Positions 27,463-36,962 of a stretch of 64,000 nt of DNA are shown piece by piece. A program made the translations under genes and the position numbers. The stretch covers positions 4,311 through 68,310 of the forward strand of contig JAHFAE010000003.1 of NCBI GenBank assembly GCA_023250675.1, read 5' to 3'. How positions within the stretch are numbered: position 1 is the first letter of the stretch; each line of letters starts with the position of its first letter. The notes under the pieces were generated by a model. That model did no database searches, was not told the DNA's origin, and saw only the letters and a list, made by a program, of their open reading frames with translations. Origin of the DNA: Oligoflexia bacterium. Lineage in GTDB: Bacteria > Bdellovibrionota > Bdellovibrionia > JABDDW01.

Positions 27463-28230
27463 CTATATATTCCATTTGGGGAAGAGGGACTTGACGTTTT
27501 TTTTAAGTTGAATGCTTAAGTCTTCTTCGGAAACACCTTTGATTGAAGCAACAACTTTTGCCGTATGGGCCACAAAAGCAGGTTTATTCTTTTTACCTCT
27601 CATTGGGACCGGCGCTAGGAATGGAGCATCGGTTTCAATTAGCAATCGATCGAGGGGTACGGTCTTTACTATGTCTCTTAAAGTTTGAGCATTTTTGAAG
27701 GTGATCACACCGCTTATACTTATATAAAATCCGACATCCAGGGCGGCACGGGCAAGTTTTTCGGTCCCAGAAAAGCAATGCATCATACCGGTATTTCTAC
27801 CTTTGCATCGTTTAAGTTCATTTGCCGTGTCATCTTCAGCATCTCGAGAGTGAATTTCAACAGGCAAACCGACACTTTGCGCCATTTCCATTTGTCGGCT
27901 AAATGCGTTTCTCTGAATATCAGGATCAGAATGGTTGTAAAAATAATCTAAGCCTATTTCACCTATGCCAATGATAAAATTTTCTGGCGCGCGGGACCTT
28001 ATGGTTGCTTCGACTTTGTCATCATAAAATTTAGCATCGTGGGGGTGTACTCCAAGGGTAGCTGCGATTGTGGGGTAGTGAGCTTTTGAAATATCACAGA
28101 CTTTGTCAAAGTCTTTTGGATGACAACCAATTGTTATCATATGATTGACTTTTTCTTTGGCGGCTTCATCCAAAACTTGGCCCGGATTTTCTTCAAGCAT
28201 CTCAAGATGAGTGTGAACATCAATCCACAT
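27463..28230 (-). CDS. tatD: TatD-family metal-dependent DNase/hydrolase
   Basis: Begins MWIDVHTHL and contains His/Asp/Glu metal ligands. Confidence 0.8.
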   Translation of the reverse strand: MWIDVHTHLEMLEENPGQVLDEAAKEKVNHMITIGCHPKDFDKVCDISKAHYPTIAATLGVHPHDAKFYDDKVEATIRSRAPENFIIGIGEIGLDYFYNHSDPDIQRNAFSRQMEMAQSVGLPVEIHSRDAEDDTANELKRCKGRNTGMMHCFSGTEKLARAALDVGFYISISGVITFKNAQTLRDIVKTVPLDRLLIETDAPFLAPVPMRGKKNKPAFVAHTAKVVASIKGVSEEDLSIQLKKNVKSLFPKWNI

Positions 28231-28231
28231 T

Positions 28232-29797
28232 TTATTGCAGCCTTGGAAAGAGTGGGCCACCCATCTTGATTGTAGCTTCTTTCATTGAGCCCCACTTCAC
28301 AGCTTCTTGAAAACTGATCTTATCAGTCAAGACATCTTGCAAACTTGATTGACCGAGACGATTTTGAATTTCTTCGCAGGTATAAGGAATAAAAGGCCAA
28401 AGAAAAAGACTGGCGATCCTTAGTCCCTCGGCCACGCTATAGAGGACTGACTTTAGCTCTTCTTTTTTCGCAGGATCTTTCGCCAACGTCCAAGGGGCTT
28501 TAGTATCGATATATTTATTCATGCCAAGCAAAATGGCAAAGATACTTTTTAGGACTTCGTTGTAACTAAAAGTCTCCATGGCATTAAAATTAAATTGTGT
28601 TGCCGCAGTGTCGATGGTGGTTTGAATTTCGCTATTTGATAGTGGTGCCTGAATAATTCCTTCTAAGTTTTTTTGGATAAGATTAAAGCTTCGACTCACA
28701 AGATTGCCTAAGTTATTAGCTAAATCGGCATTGGAGCGCTCCTTAAAATTTTTAATATTAAAGTCCCCATCTTGTCCCATGGGGAATTCTCGAAATAAAA
28801 ATAAGCGAAAAGCATCTTGGCCGTACTGGGCAGTAAAGGCCAACGGTTCGACTGTATTGCCTAAACTTTTGCTCATTTTTTGACCTTCGATGGTCCACCA
28901 GCCAGTGGCAAATATTCTCTTAGGCAGAGGCAGGCCAACACTCAACAAGAAACAAGGCCAATAAACGGCGTGGAACCTTAAAATGTCTTTTCCTAATAAG
29001 TGAATCGTTCTGGGGGCACTTTCTGTACCCCAATATTTTTTGAATGTTTCTGGTTTATCTAGTGGACTGAGTGCTGAAACATAATTAATCAGAGCATCAA
29101 ACCAAACATAAATCACATGGTGGGAACTTTTTGCCTCTGCATCTGATGGAAAAGGTATCCCCCAATTAAAACTCGTCCGACTCACACTTACATCTCGTAC
29201 CCCTTCTTTGATAAAGGCGACCACTTCGTTTTTTTTTGATTCTGGCAGAATAAAAGTTGGATTTGCCTCAATATGATTGAGAAGCTGACCTGTAAATTTG
29301 CTCACTTTGAAAAAGTAATTTTCTTCTTTGATTTTCTTAACATCGCGGCCACAGTTTGGGCATTTACCATTGACTAATTGGCTATCAGTCCAAAAGGATT
29401 CGTCGGGTACGCAGTACCATCCTTCGTAATTTCCAAGGTAAATATCCCCCTGAGACATGGCTTTTTTAATCAAATGGATTACGACTTTCTTATGTCGTTC
29501 TTCTGTTGTTCGAATAAAATCGTCGAACGTAATCCCCATCTTCTTCCAAGTTGACCTAAATGTTTCGGCTACCTGATCAGTAAATTCTTGAGGCGACTTG
29601 CCTAACTTAGCCGCAGCCTCTTGAATTTTTTCTCCATGTTCATCGGTACCAGTTAAAAAATGGACATCTTTTCCCATCAACCTCTCAAACCGGGCTAAAA
29701 CATCCGCAGCGACGGTGCAATAGGCTGTGCCCAAATGGGGAATGTCGTTGACATAATAGATGGGAGTCGTGATGTAAAATGATTCTTTACTCTTCAT
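28232..29797 (-). CDS. metG: methionine--tRNA ligase (short form)
   Basis: HLGTAY (HIGH) and KMSKS motifs. Confidence 0.9.
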   Translation of the reverse strand: MKSKESFYITTPIYYVNDIPHLGTAYCTVAADVLARFERLMGKDVHFLTGTDEHGEKIQEAAAKLGKSPQEFTDQVAETFRSTWKKMGITFDDFIRTTEERHKKVVIHLIKKAMSQGDIYLGNYEGWYCVPDESFWTDSQLVNGKCPNCGRDVKKIKEENYFFKVSKFTGQLLNHIEANPTFILPESKKNEVVAFIKEGVRDVSVSRTSFNWGIPFPSDAEAKSSHHVIYVWFDALINYVSALSPLDKPETFKKYWGTESAPRTIHLLGKDILRFHAVYWPCFLLSVGLPLPKRIFATGWWTIEGQKMSKSLGNTVEPLAFTAQYGQDAFRLFLFREFPMGQDGDFNIKNFKERSNADLANNLGNLVSRSFNLIQKNLEGIIQAPLSNSEIQTTIDTAATQFNFNAMETFSYNEVLKSIFAILLGMNKYIDTKAPWTLAKDPAKKEELKSVLYSVAEGLRIASLFLWPFIPYTCEEIQNRLGQSSLQDVLTDKISFQEAVKWGSMKEATIKMGGPLFPRLQ

Positions 29798-30788
29798 CTG
29801 AAACGATAACCTGTGAGACGAGTTCGTCTTTTTGAAGATCTTCCCCCACTATTTCTTCTTCATGTATGATCTTCGTTGTCTCAACGGCTTTTTTGGCCAA
29901 TGTGTCTTGTTCAATAACTCGACCGGCGGGGACATTTTCTATTGTGCCATCGTCAAATTTCACTAAAATCATTTGTTTAAGGATATCAAGTTTTAAAACG
30001 ATGCCGCAACCACTGCCTTTGCCGTCGCCACCCGAAGAGCATTTTACGCAGTTTCCTAATTTGGGAAGAGTTTTTCGAGCTTCGGCATAGATAGGCTGTT
30101 CATAAGCGAGGCAACATTTAAGCCTTCCACAGTTACCACTTACTTTTGTGGGATTAAGAGATAATCCTTGGTCTTTGGCCATTTTAATACTGACATTATG
30201 AAAAGACGTAAGAAATTTGCTGCAGCAAGTTTCTTGGCCGCAGGGGCCAAGGCCCCCAGTAAATTTCGTCTCGTCTCGAGCGCCCAATTGTCGCAATTCA
30301 ACTTTCATTTTAAAAAATCGAACTAAATCTTTAATCAGGTCTCTAAAATCAACTCGATCTTCTGACGAAAAATAAACCATAGCTTTTTTGGCGTTCAATG
30401 GAATTTCAATGGCTATCACGTGCATTTTCAAATTACGTTCTGCCACCAGGCTTTTCACTTGAGAAAGAGCTGATTTCTCAAGGGTCTCATGTTTTTCACG
30501 GGTTTTAAGATCGTTATAATTTGCAGGTCTTAATACTACAGGAAGCTTTAACTTCAGTGAATCGGGAGGAATAGTGATAGTGGGTTTAGAAACAAACCCG
30601 AGCATAACTCCCTTATCTTTAAAATCACATATAACCCTGTCACCTCGCACAAATTTAAAATCTCTTGCATCAAAATCGTAGACGCGGCCCACACTACGAA
30701 ACCTAACCCCGACAATACGAGAAGTGAAATCTACTGCTTGTGGAACCTGCGGTGTTGGTTGAATTATGGTTTCTGTTTCATTTGTCAT
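29787..30788 (-). CDS. PSP1 C-terminal domain protein (RicT/YaaT-like)
   Basis: Cys-rich segment (GPCGQETCC) and PSP1 domain. Conserved position between holB and metG. Confidence 0.6.
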   Translation of the reverse strand: MTNETETIIQPTPQVPQAVDFTSRIVGVRFRSVGRVYDFDARDFKFVRGDRVICDFKDKGVMLGFVSKPTITIPPDSLKLKLPVVLRPANYNDLKTREKHETLEKSALSQVKSLVAERNLKMHVIAIEIPLNAKKAMVYFSSEDRVDFRDLIKDLVRFFKMKVELRQLGARDETKFTGGLGPCGQETCCSKFLTSFHNVSIKMAKDQGLSLNPTKVSGNCGRLKCCLAYEQPIYAEARKTLPKLGNCVKCSSGGDGKGSGCGIVLKLDILKQMILVKFDDGTIENVPAGRVIEQDTLAKKAVETTKIIHEEEIVGEDLQKDELVSQVIVSDEE

Positions 30789-31762
30789 TAATTTGTCTCG
30801 CCCATTGTTAAAGTAGATTTTGTATCTATCCAAAACTTTTCAAAAGCCAAGGTTTTGTTAACATTGCTTTGGACGTCTTGTTCTAGACGAAAAAGTCTTT
30901 GCCCCATACTCAATAATGCCACTGAACTAAATTTTTTGGCAAGAAGTTCGATGATTTCAATTTCATCTGGGGCTAGTGCTAAAGGTGAATGGAGTTGAGA
31001 GGCCACGGCGTTTTTAATCACTTGCATCCAACACTGAATTGTAAACAATGCGGTATCCCTATCTTCTGAAAGTTCTCCCATCTTGTTAAATCCCTCATAG
31101 ACTCTAGAAATGGGTAGATCTCGCAAGGCCACGAGGGCTGACTTTCTTAAGTTTCGATATGTTTCGTCGGTAAATTGTTGAGCTAGGTCTACGCGGCCCT
31201 GGGAGAGTCTTAATGCCCAATCTTCGGCAGTAGAAACGATTTGTGAAATTTCGCTTCGGCCCAATGACCCAAACATTATATTTTGGCATCGTGATTGAAT
31301 TGTTATGGGTAGAGCTCCTTTATTAGACGTGACAAGAATAAAGTAACAATGGGCCGGGGGTTCTTCTAAAGTTTTCAAAAGAGAATTGGCTCCTTGATTT
31401 GTCATACTGTGCGCTTGGTCAATTATGGCTATTTTGGAGTGACCTTCAAATGCTCTCAGTGCTAAAGAATTTTGGAGTTGTCTGATTTGTTCAATCTTAA
31501 TATTTGCCGAATCGCTATTAGAAACAATATGAAGATCAGAATGGTGGCTTGTTTCGACCCGTAAGCAGCTAGAACACTTACCACAGGGCTTGATTTTTTC
31601 TTGGCAAAGTAGTCCCTGAGCCCAACCTCGAGCCACTAATTTTTTGCCGACCCCGGAAGGGCCAGAAAACAAAAAGGCAGGGGGAAGTCTTTCGTTTTCT
31701 CTCAGTGTTTTGAGAAGACTTGCAATTATTTCTTTATGTCCGATAATTTTGCTAAAAATCAT
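30788..31762 (-). CDS. holB: DNA polymerase III delta' subunit
   Basis: AAA+ P-loop-like GPSGVGK, a CxxC zinc module, and position after tmk. Confidence 0.7.
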   Translation of the reverse strand: MIFSKIIGHKEIIASLLKTLRENERLPPAFLFSGPSGVGKKLVARGWAQGLLCQEKIKPCGKCSSCLRVETSHHSDLHIVSNSDSANIKIEQIRQLQNSLALRAFEGHSKIAIIDQAHSMTNQGANSLLKTLEEPPAHCYFILVTSNKGALPITIQSRCQNIMFGSLGRSEISQIVSTAEDWALRLSQGRVDLAQQFTDETYRNLRKSALVALRDLPISRVYEGFNKMGELSEDRDTALFTIQCWMQVIKNAVASQLHSPLALAPDEIEIIELLAKKFSSVALLSMGQRLFRLEQDVQSNVNKTLAFEKFWIDTKSTLTMGETN

Positions 31763-32415
31763 AGAATTTTTCTATTTTTTACTTCCTGCAGTAGTTCTTC
31801 AAACAATTGTTTTGGGGTCTTCATTGCGTCTAATACCAAAAATCTTTTGGGTTCATGCTTTGCCAATGTTAAATACTCATCTCTGACCATTTGATGAAAT
31901 TCTAACTTTTCACTTTCCATCCGATCATCTTCTCTTGAAGCACGTCTGGTTTCAGCCACCTCAACAGTGCAATCAAGTAATACTGTTAAATCGGGAACTA
32001 ACCCGCTTGTGGCAAAACTATTTAACCAAACTACTTTTTCTTTATCTAATTTTCTTCCGGCTCCTTGAAAAGCTAAACTTGAGTCGGCATACCGATCGCT
32101 CAAAATCCAAAATCCTTTTTGCAATAAAGGTTTAATAATGACTTCAACATGTTGGGCTCGGTCGGCTTCGTAGATAAGGAGTTCCGCCCGAGGGCAGGGG
32201 GCTTCGCCATTTGTTCGAAGAAGGATATTGCGAAGATCTTTGCCCAATTGGGTTCCGCCCGGTTCCTTCGTGGTTTCAACGGGTAGACCTAAACCTTTCA
32301 AGTGTATCTTGAAGTTTTCAAGTAGGCTTGATTTGCCCGACCCATCGATTCCTTCAAAACTTATAAAAGGCATATAAGGGCTTAAATTCTCATAGGTTTT
32401 TTGAACTGTCAGCAA
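31759..32415 (-). CDS. tmk: thymidylate kinase
   Basis: P-loop FISFEGIDGSGKSS and the DRY lid motif. Confidence 0.85.
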   Translation of the reverse strand: MLTVQKTYENLSPYMPFISFEGIDGSGKSSLLENFKIHLKGLGLPVETTKEPGGTQLGKDLRNILLRTNGEAPCPRAELLIYEADRAQHVEVIIKPLLQKGFWILSDRYADSSLAFQGAGRKLDKEKVVWLNSFATSGLVPDLTVLLDCTVEVAETRRASREDDRMESEKLEFHQMVRDEYLTLAKHEPKRFLVLDAMKTPKQLFEELLQEVKNRKIL

Positions 32416-32460
32416 AATTAAATCATTTCAAGCTTTTGACCGATTATTACTATCGAGGGC

Positions 32461-33432
32461 GTGTCTGTGGCAGAAAACCGGGCTAATTTCAAGGTTTTAA
32501 TTGGTGATGATGACTCGTCTGCGGCACGTCGTTTGAGTGAATTTTTGGGCGAAAGAGGTTTCGCCACGGAGACTATTTTCAATGGCAAAGGTTTAAAAGA
32601 AAAAATCTTAAATTGGCAGCCAACCTATGTTGTTTGTGACCTCACTTTTCCAAGCTTTAATGCACCACAATTACTAACTTGGCTTCGCGATCCAGGATTT
32701 AAAGACAATCGACCCAAAGTATTTGTGACTTCTGCTCATAACGTCATTTCTAATATCAGAGAATGTATTGGGCTTGGCGCGAGCGATTACATTGTTAAAC
32801 CTTATAAATGCGAAGACATTCTCACTCGTCTTATTTTTCAAATTCAGAGCAAGCGGGAATTACTTTTTGACGGCACAGCTAGTTCAAAACTTACAGGTGG
32901 CGATATTTACATGCACCTTTTAGATATCGTTTTAAGAGAAGCTCTCAGCGGTCGCGATATTGCCGACATTCTCTACAATTTAACAAAAATGATTTCTATT
33001 ACTCTTAGTGCCGTGAGGTGTTCAGTGATTTCGGTGGCTGAAGATCTTCAAACGGGTGAAGTCAGTGCCAGTTCTGATGATCGGAAAGTTCGGGGCCTCA
33101 AGCTTGATATGAATAAGTATCCCGAGGTCATTCATGTGATGAACTCTTCTAAGGCAGTAATTATTGAAGACCTAGAATATGATCCGATGCTTGCTCAAAT
33201 AAAAAATTTGGTGAAGGGAATTTCATTTAACAGCATGATTGTTTGTCCCGTTAAAAGAAATAACGAAATGTATGGAGTCATCAGTGCCAGAATGGCAAAA
33301 GAACACTCAAAATTTAATGATCGAGATATTCGATTTGTCAATCTCGTTGCTCAAATCGTTAGCCTTGTATTAAGCACAAACATTAATATGCCGCACGAGT
33401 TTCTTGACGATAATAAGATAAAAGCTTCTTAA
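32461..33432 (+). CDS. response regulator with a receiver domain plus a GAF-like domain
   Basis: REC signature (DD...D...K) at the N-terminus, followed by a ~180-aa sensor-like domain. Confidence 0.55.
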   Translation: MSVAENRANFKVLIGDDDSSAARRLSEFLGERGFATETIFNGKGLKEKILNWQPTYVVCDLTFPSFNAPQLLTWLRDPGFKDNRPKVFVTSAHNVISNIRECIGLGASDYIVKPYKCEDILTRLIFQIQSKRELLFDGTASSKLTGGDIYMHLLDIVLREALSGRDIADILYNLTKMISITLSAVRCSVISVAEDLQTGEVSASSDDRKVRGLKLDMNKYPEVIHVMNSSKAVIIEDLEYDPMLAQIKNLVKGISFNSMIVCPVKRNNEMYGVISARMAKEHSKFNDRDIRFVNLVAQIVSLVLSTNINMPHEFLDDNKIKAS

Positions 33433-35132
33433 GAAATGCGAGCGCAATCAGGGCAAGAATCCAATTGCAAAACTTGATTGGGTCTTGAGCCGTCTCGATA
33501 AACAGTAATTCCCTTACATCTTAATTCATAGGCAAGTTGAAAAGCTTTTTTTACTTCTTCGACAGAGCTGCATTGTCGTAGATTTATTGTTTTTGAGACC
33601 CCGCTATCTGAGTGCTTTTGAAAAGCGGCTTGAATCTTCACATGGTTTTCAAAACTCAAGTCGCCGGTCGTTAGAAAAATCGATTTGATTTCATCGGGAA
33701 GAGGAAGATTTACTAAAGTCCCTTCTTTTGCGCAGGTCTCTAAATCGGTGTACCTAAGATTATGACGTTCCATCAAGGTTTTAAACTGGGGATGAATTTC
33801 CCATAATACTTCACCGTCAAGAACATGCCTTTGATAGGCATAAGAAAAGACAGGTTCAATTCCAGCCGATGCATTTGCTAGTAAACTAATGGTCCCCGTC
33901 GGGGCAACTGTGGTCAGTGCTGCATTTCTCAAAGGTTTTATACCGCGTTTTTTCCAGAGGCTTTTAGAGTACCCCTCAAAGGGCTCTGAAACCTGAGCTA
34001 ACTTTTGACTTACTTGGATGCATTGATCCCTGACAAATCTCATAACTTTATCTGCTAATTTAAGGGATTCTGGGCTACCGTAGGGTATCTTAAGTTTTAA
34101 AAGTAAATCGGCAAATCCCATGACCCCAAGCCCGATTTTTCTGTGGGCGTGGCAGAGTTTGTTAATCTCTGCAAGTGGATAGTGACAACAATCAATAACT
34201 TGATCCAAAAATAGAACGCCAGTTTCAATAAGATGGCCAAATTTGTTCCAGTCAACGCCGTCAGAACCCAGACTAAAAATCGCATTTAGATTTATACTTC
34301 CCAAATTGCATGCCTCATAGGGCAATAGTGGTTGTTCCCCACACGGATTTGTCGCTTCGATTTCTCCGGCAGTAGGTGTGGGATTATTTCTATTTATTTC
34401 ATCTATAAAAATAAGACCTGGTTCACCGGTGGTCCAAGCAGCCAAGCAAAGAGAATCAAAAATTTCTTTTGCTCGAACTGATTTAACAGTTTTGCCATCG
34501 CGAGGATCTTTAAGATTCCAGGAACCGGCGTTTCTAACAGCTTTCATAAAATTATCGGTAACGGCCACTGAAATATTGAAGTTCGTGATTTTATTTATGT
34601 TTGATTTGCAATTAATAAAGGCCTCCACATCGGCGTGGTCCACTTGGAGGACTCCCATATTTGCGCCACGACGAAGGCCGCCCTGTTTTATGGTTTGAGT
34701 TAATTCATTGAACAAAGACAAAAAACCAATGGGCCCGGCGGCATATCCTCCACTTGAATTTACCGAAGATTTTTCACCTCTTAGAGTAGAAAAACTAAAT
34801 CCTGTTCCTCCACCTGACTGGTGAATGAGGGCCGTTGCCTTAAGCGTATCCATGATACCACTCAGGTCATCAGGGATCGGTAAAACAAAACAGGCCGCCA
34901 ACTGCCCATTCTTTTTTCCGGCATTCATGAGGGTCGGGGAATTAGGAAGAAATTCTAATGCACTCATGGCATCAAAAAATCTTTTCTCAAGTGACTTTGA
35001 ACCCCGTGACACAGATTTTGCAACTCGGTGAAACATTTCTTCGGGGGACTCTTGGGAGCCTTTTTTTTTGCGCCAGAGGTAGCGTTGCTTCAAAACAGTG
35101 AGTGCATTGGGAGTCAATTGAGCATGGGACAC
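33429..35132 (-). CDS. nrdJ: class II adenosylcobalamin-dependent ribonucleotide reductase
   Basis: Active-site segments ...NPCGEQPL... and ...GGGTGFSFS.... GTG start. Confidence 0.85.
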   Translation of the reverse strand: MSHAQLTPNALTVLKQRYLWRKKKGSQESPEEMFHRVAKSVSRGSKSLEKRFFDAMSALEFLPNSPTLMNAGKKNGQLAACFVLPIPDDLSGIMDTLKATALIHQSGGGTGFSFSTLRGEKSSVNSSGGYAAGPIGFLSLFNELTQTIKQGGLRRGANMGVLQVDHADVEAFINCKSNINKITNFNISVAVTDNFMKAVRNAGSWNLKDPRDGKTVKSVRAKEIFDSLCLAAWTTGEPGLIFIDEINRNNPTPTAGEIEATNPCGEQPLLPYEACNLGSINLNAIFSLGSDGVDWNKFGHLIETGVLFLDQVIDCCHYPLAEINKLCHAHRKIGLGVMGFADLLLKLKIPYGSPESLKLADKVMRFVRDQCIQVSQKLAQVSEPFEGYSKSLWKKRGIKPLRNAALTTVAPTGTISLLANASAGIEPVFSYAYQRHVLDGEVLWEIHPQFKTLMERHNLRYTDLETCAKEGTLVNLPLPDEIKSIFLTTGDLSFENHVKIQAAFQKHSDSGVSKTINLRQCSSVEEVKKAFQLAYELRCKGITVYRDGSRPNQVLQLDSCPDCARIS

Positions 35133-35219
35133 GAGCGTAAGTGTATGATAGGACGATTTTGCGTCAAGTCATTATACAGTTTGGATTTAACAAAAATCAT
35201 TTTTTGCAGCGCGCGTCCT

Positions 35220-35248
35220 TTGACAGACTAAGGTCGAGTTAGTATACT
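35220..35248 (+). promoter_or_regulatory. sigma70-type promoter TTGACA-N17-TATACT, with the 10-bp perfect palindrome TAGTATACTA overlapping the -10
   Basis: -35 at 35220-35225 and -10 at 35243-35248. The palindrome is at 35241-35250. It drives the small zinc-ribbon ORF divergent from nrdJ. Confidence 0.5.
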
Positions 35249-35309
35249 AATACTAACAATGACTGAGTGAGGATCGTGGGGCCTCTTCAGTCAATCAAAG
35301 GAGTCGCCT

Positions 35310-35537
35310 ATGGACAATAATCTCCACGTCCGCAGATGCCATGTTTGCGGGACAGTGACTGAGAGTTCAGACGAAATTCTCAAATGTAAAGGTTGTTCCA
35401 AATCTCTTTTGCCATTTTACTACTTTGATAAACGTAAAATTCGCGAGTATTCTGATAAGCAAGAAAGCGCCAAGTTAGAAAAACTCCCTGATCTGAATGG
35501 TTATGGCCCCATACGAGGATTAACCGCCTACTGGTAA
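35310..35537 (+). CDS. small zinc-ribbon protein (75 aa, CxxC...CxxC)
   Basis: AAAGGAG sits 7 nt before the ATG. The four Cys are C10, C13, C26 and C29. It has a strong upstream promoter. Confidence 0.45.
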   Translation: MDNNLHVRRCHVCGTVTESSDEILKCKGCSKSLLPFYYFDKRKIREYSDKQESAKLEKLPDLNGYGPIRGLTAYW

Positions 35538-35550
35538 CAAAGGTCTCATT

Positions 35551-36762
35551 TTGAAAGTCACCCTGGAAGACATTAAAAAAGCAGCGGAAAATATAAAGCC
35601 TTATATTCATCAAACACTTCTAGAGCATTCGGCAAGCCTGAGCGATCTGGTCGGTGCAGATGTTTATCTAAAATTTGAGAATCTTCAACAAACAGGCAGC
35701 TTCAAAATTCGTGGGGCGGCAAATAAAGTTTCATCCCTGACCCAACAAGAAAAATCTGTTGGGGTTATTGCGGCGTCAGCAGGGAATCATGCCCAAGGTG
35801 TGGCTCTTGTAGCGCAAAAACTTGGGGTCAAAGCAACTATTGTTATGCCTGAAATGAGCCCCCTTATCAAAGTCGCTTCCACAAAACGGTTCGGCGCAGA
35901 AGTTATTTTGAAGGGCAGTGCTTACGACGACGCTTACCAAACAGCCTTAGAGCTTCAGAAAAAGCATGGTTCTATATTTATTCATCCTTTTGAAGACGAA
36001 AAAATTATCGCCGGTCAGGGGACCATCGGTCTTGAAATTATTAATGCTTGTCCAGAAGTCGACGTGGTCTATATTGCCATTGGGGGCGGGGGATTACTTT
36101 CAGGAATTGCCATCGCCCTAAAAGCCCTCAATTCCAAAATAAAAATTATCGGTGTGCAAGCGAGCGGTGCTGATTCAATGGCGCGAAGTTTTAAATCAAA
36201 AAAATTAGTCACGAACATTCAAAAAGTCTCAACCATTGCTGATGGAATAGCAGTAAAACAACCCTCTGACGTCATGTATTCACAATTCATTTCTAAACTT
36301 TGTGACGATGTGGTCACGGTGAACGATGACGAAATTGCCAAGACCATCGTCTTGTTGATGGAGAGGGCAAAAACTGTCGTTGAAGGAGCAGGGGCGGTGA
36401 GTGTCGCAGCTTTGCTCTCGAAAAAATCTAATATAAAATTTAAAAAGGCCGTAGCCGTATTGGGTGGCGGAAATATAGATCTTAATACTCTAGAAAAAGT
36501 AATCGATCGTGGTCTTCAAGAAGCAGGTAGGTTAGCCCGTATTCTCGTTTCGGCTCCCGATGTGCCAGGGTCATTGAATCGTCTCACAAGTATTATTGCC
36601 GAGAAAAAAGCTAACGTTTTGCAGATTAATCACAACCGCGTCAGCGATCGAATTCACTTAAGAGAAACACTTATTGAATTCACCCTAGAAACCACGGGGC
36701 CCGCCCACATCGTTGAAATTAAAAAGAGTTTCGAAGCCATCGGCGCTACTATATTAGAGTAA
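35551..36762 (+). CDS. ilvA: threonine ammonia-lyase (threonine dehydratase) with a C-terminal ACT-like domain
   Basis: PLP-binding SFKIRGA and glycine-rich GGGGL. TTG start. Confidence 0.8.
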   Translation: MKVTLEDIKKAAENIKPYIHQTLLEHSASLSDLVGADVYLKFENLQQTGSFKIRGAANKVSSLTQQEKSVGVIAASAGNHAQGVALVAQKLGVKATIVMPEMSPLIKVASTKRFGAEVILKGSAYDDAYQTALELQKKHGSIFIHPFEDEKIIAGQGTIGLEIINACPEVDVVYIAIGGGGLLSGIAIALKALNSKIKIIGVQASGADSMARSFKSKKLVTNIQKVSTIADGIAVKQPSDVMYSQFISKLCDDVVTVNDDEIAKTIVLLMERAKTVVEGAGAVSVAALLSKKSNIKFKKAVAVLGGGNIDLNTLEKVIDRGLQEAGRLARILVSAPDVPGSLNRLTSIIAEKKANVLQINHNRVSDRIHLRETLIEFTLETTGPAHIVEIKKSFEAIGATILE

Positions 36763-36962
36763 CATTCCCGCTAAGATAGTACTGTTGGGTTGTTCTTCTA
36801 AACTATGATTTCACTATCTCCCAAAAGTAAAAGTAACGGAACCCACCTCGGCTTTGTGGTCACTGCGACGGCGGCACGCCATCGTGCTATCAGGGAACCC
36901 CGAGAGTTGCTATCCGTGGCCCCTGATGCCGCTGTCTTCGTTGTGGTTCCAAAGGCGAAACG

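Noticed and set aside
35133-35309. NrdR box or cobalamin riboswitch upstream of nrdJ
   Set aside because: I found no acaC-N-Gtgt NrdR-type palindrome and no conserved B12-box. Only the TAGTATACTA palindrome, tied to the divergent promoter, is present.
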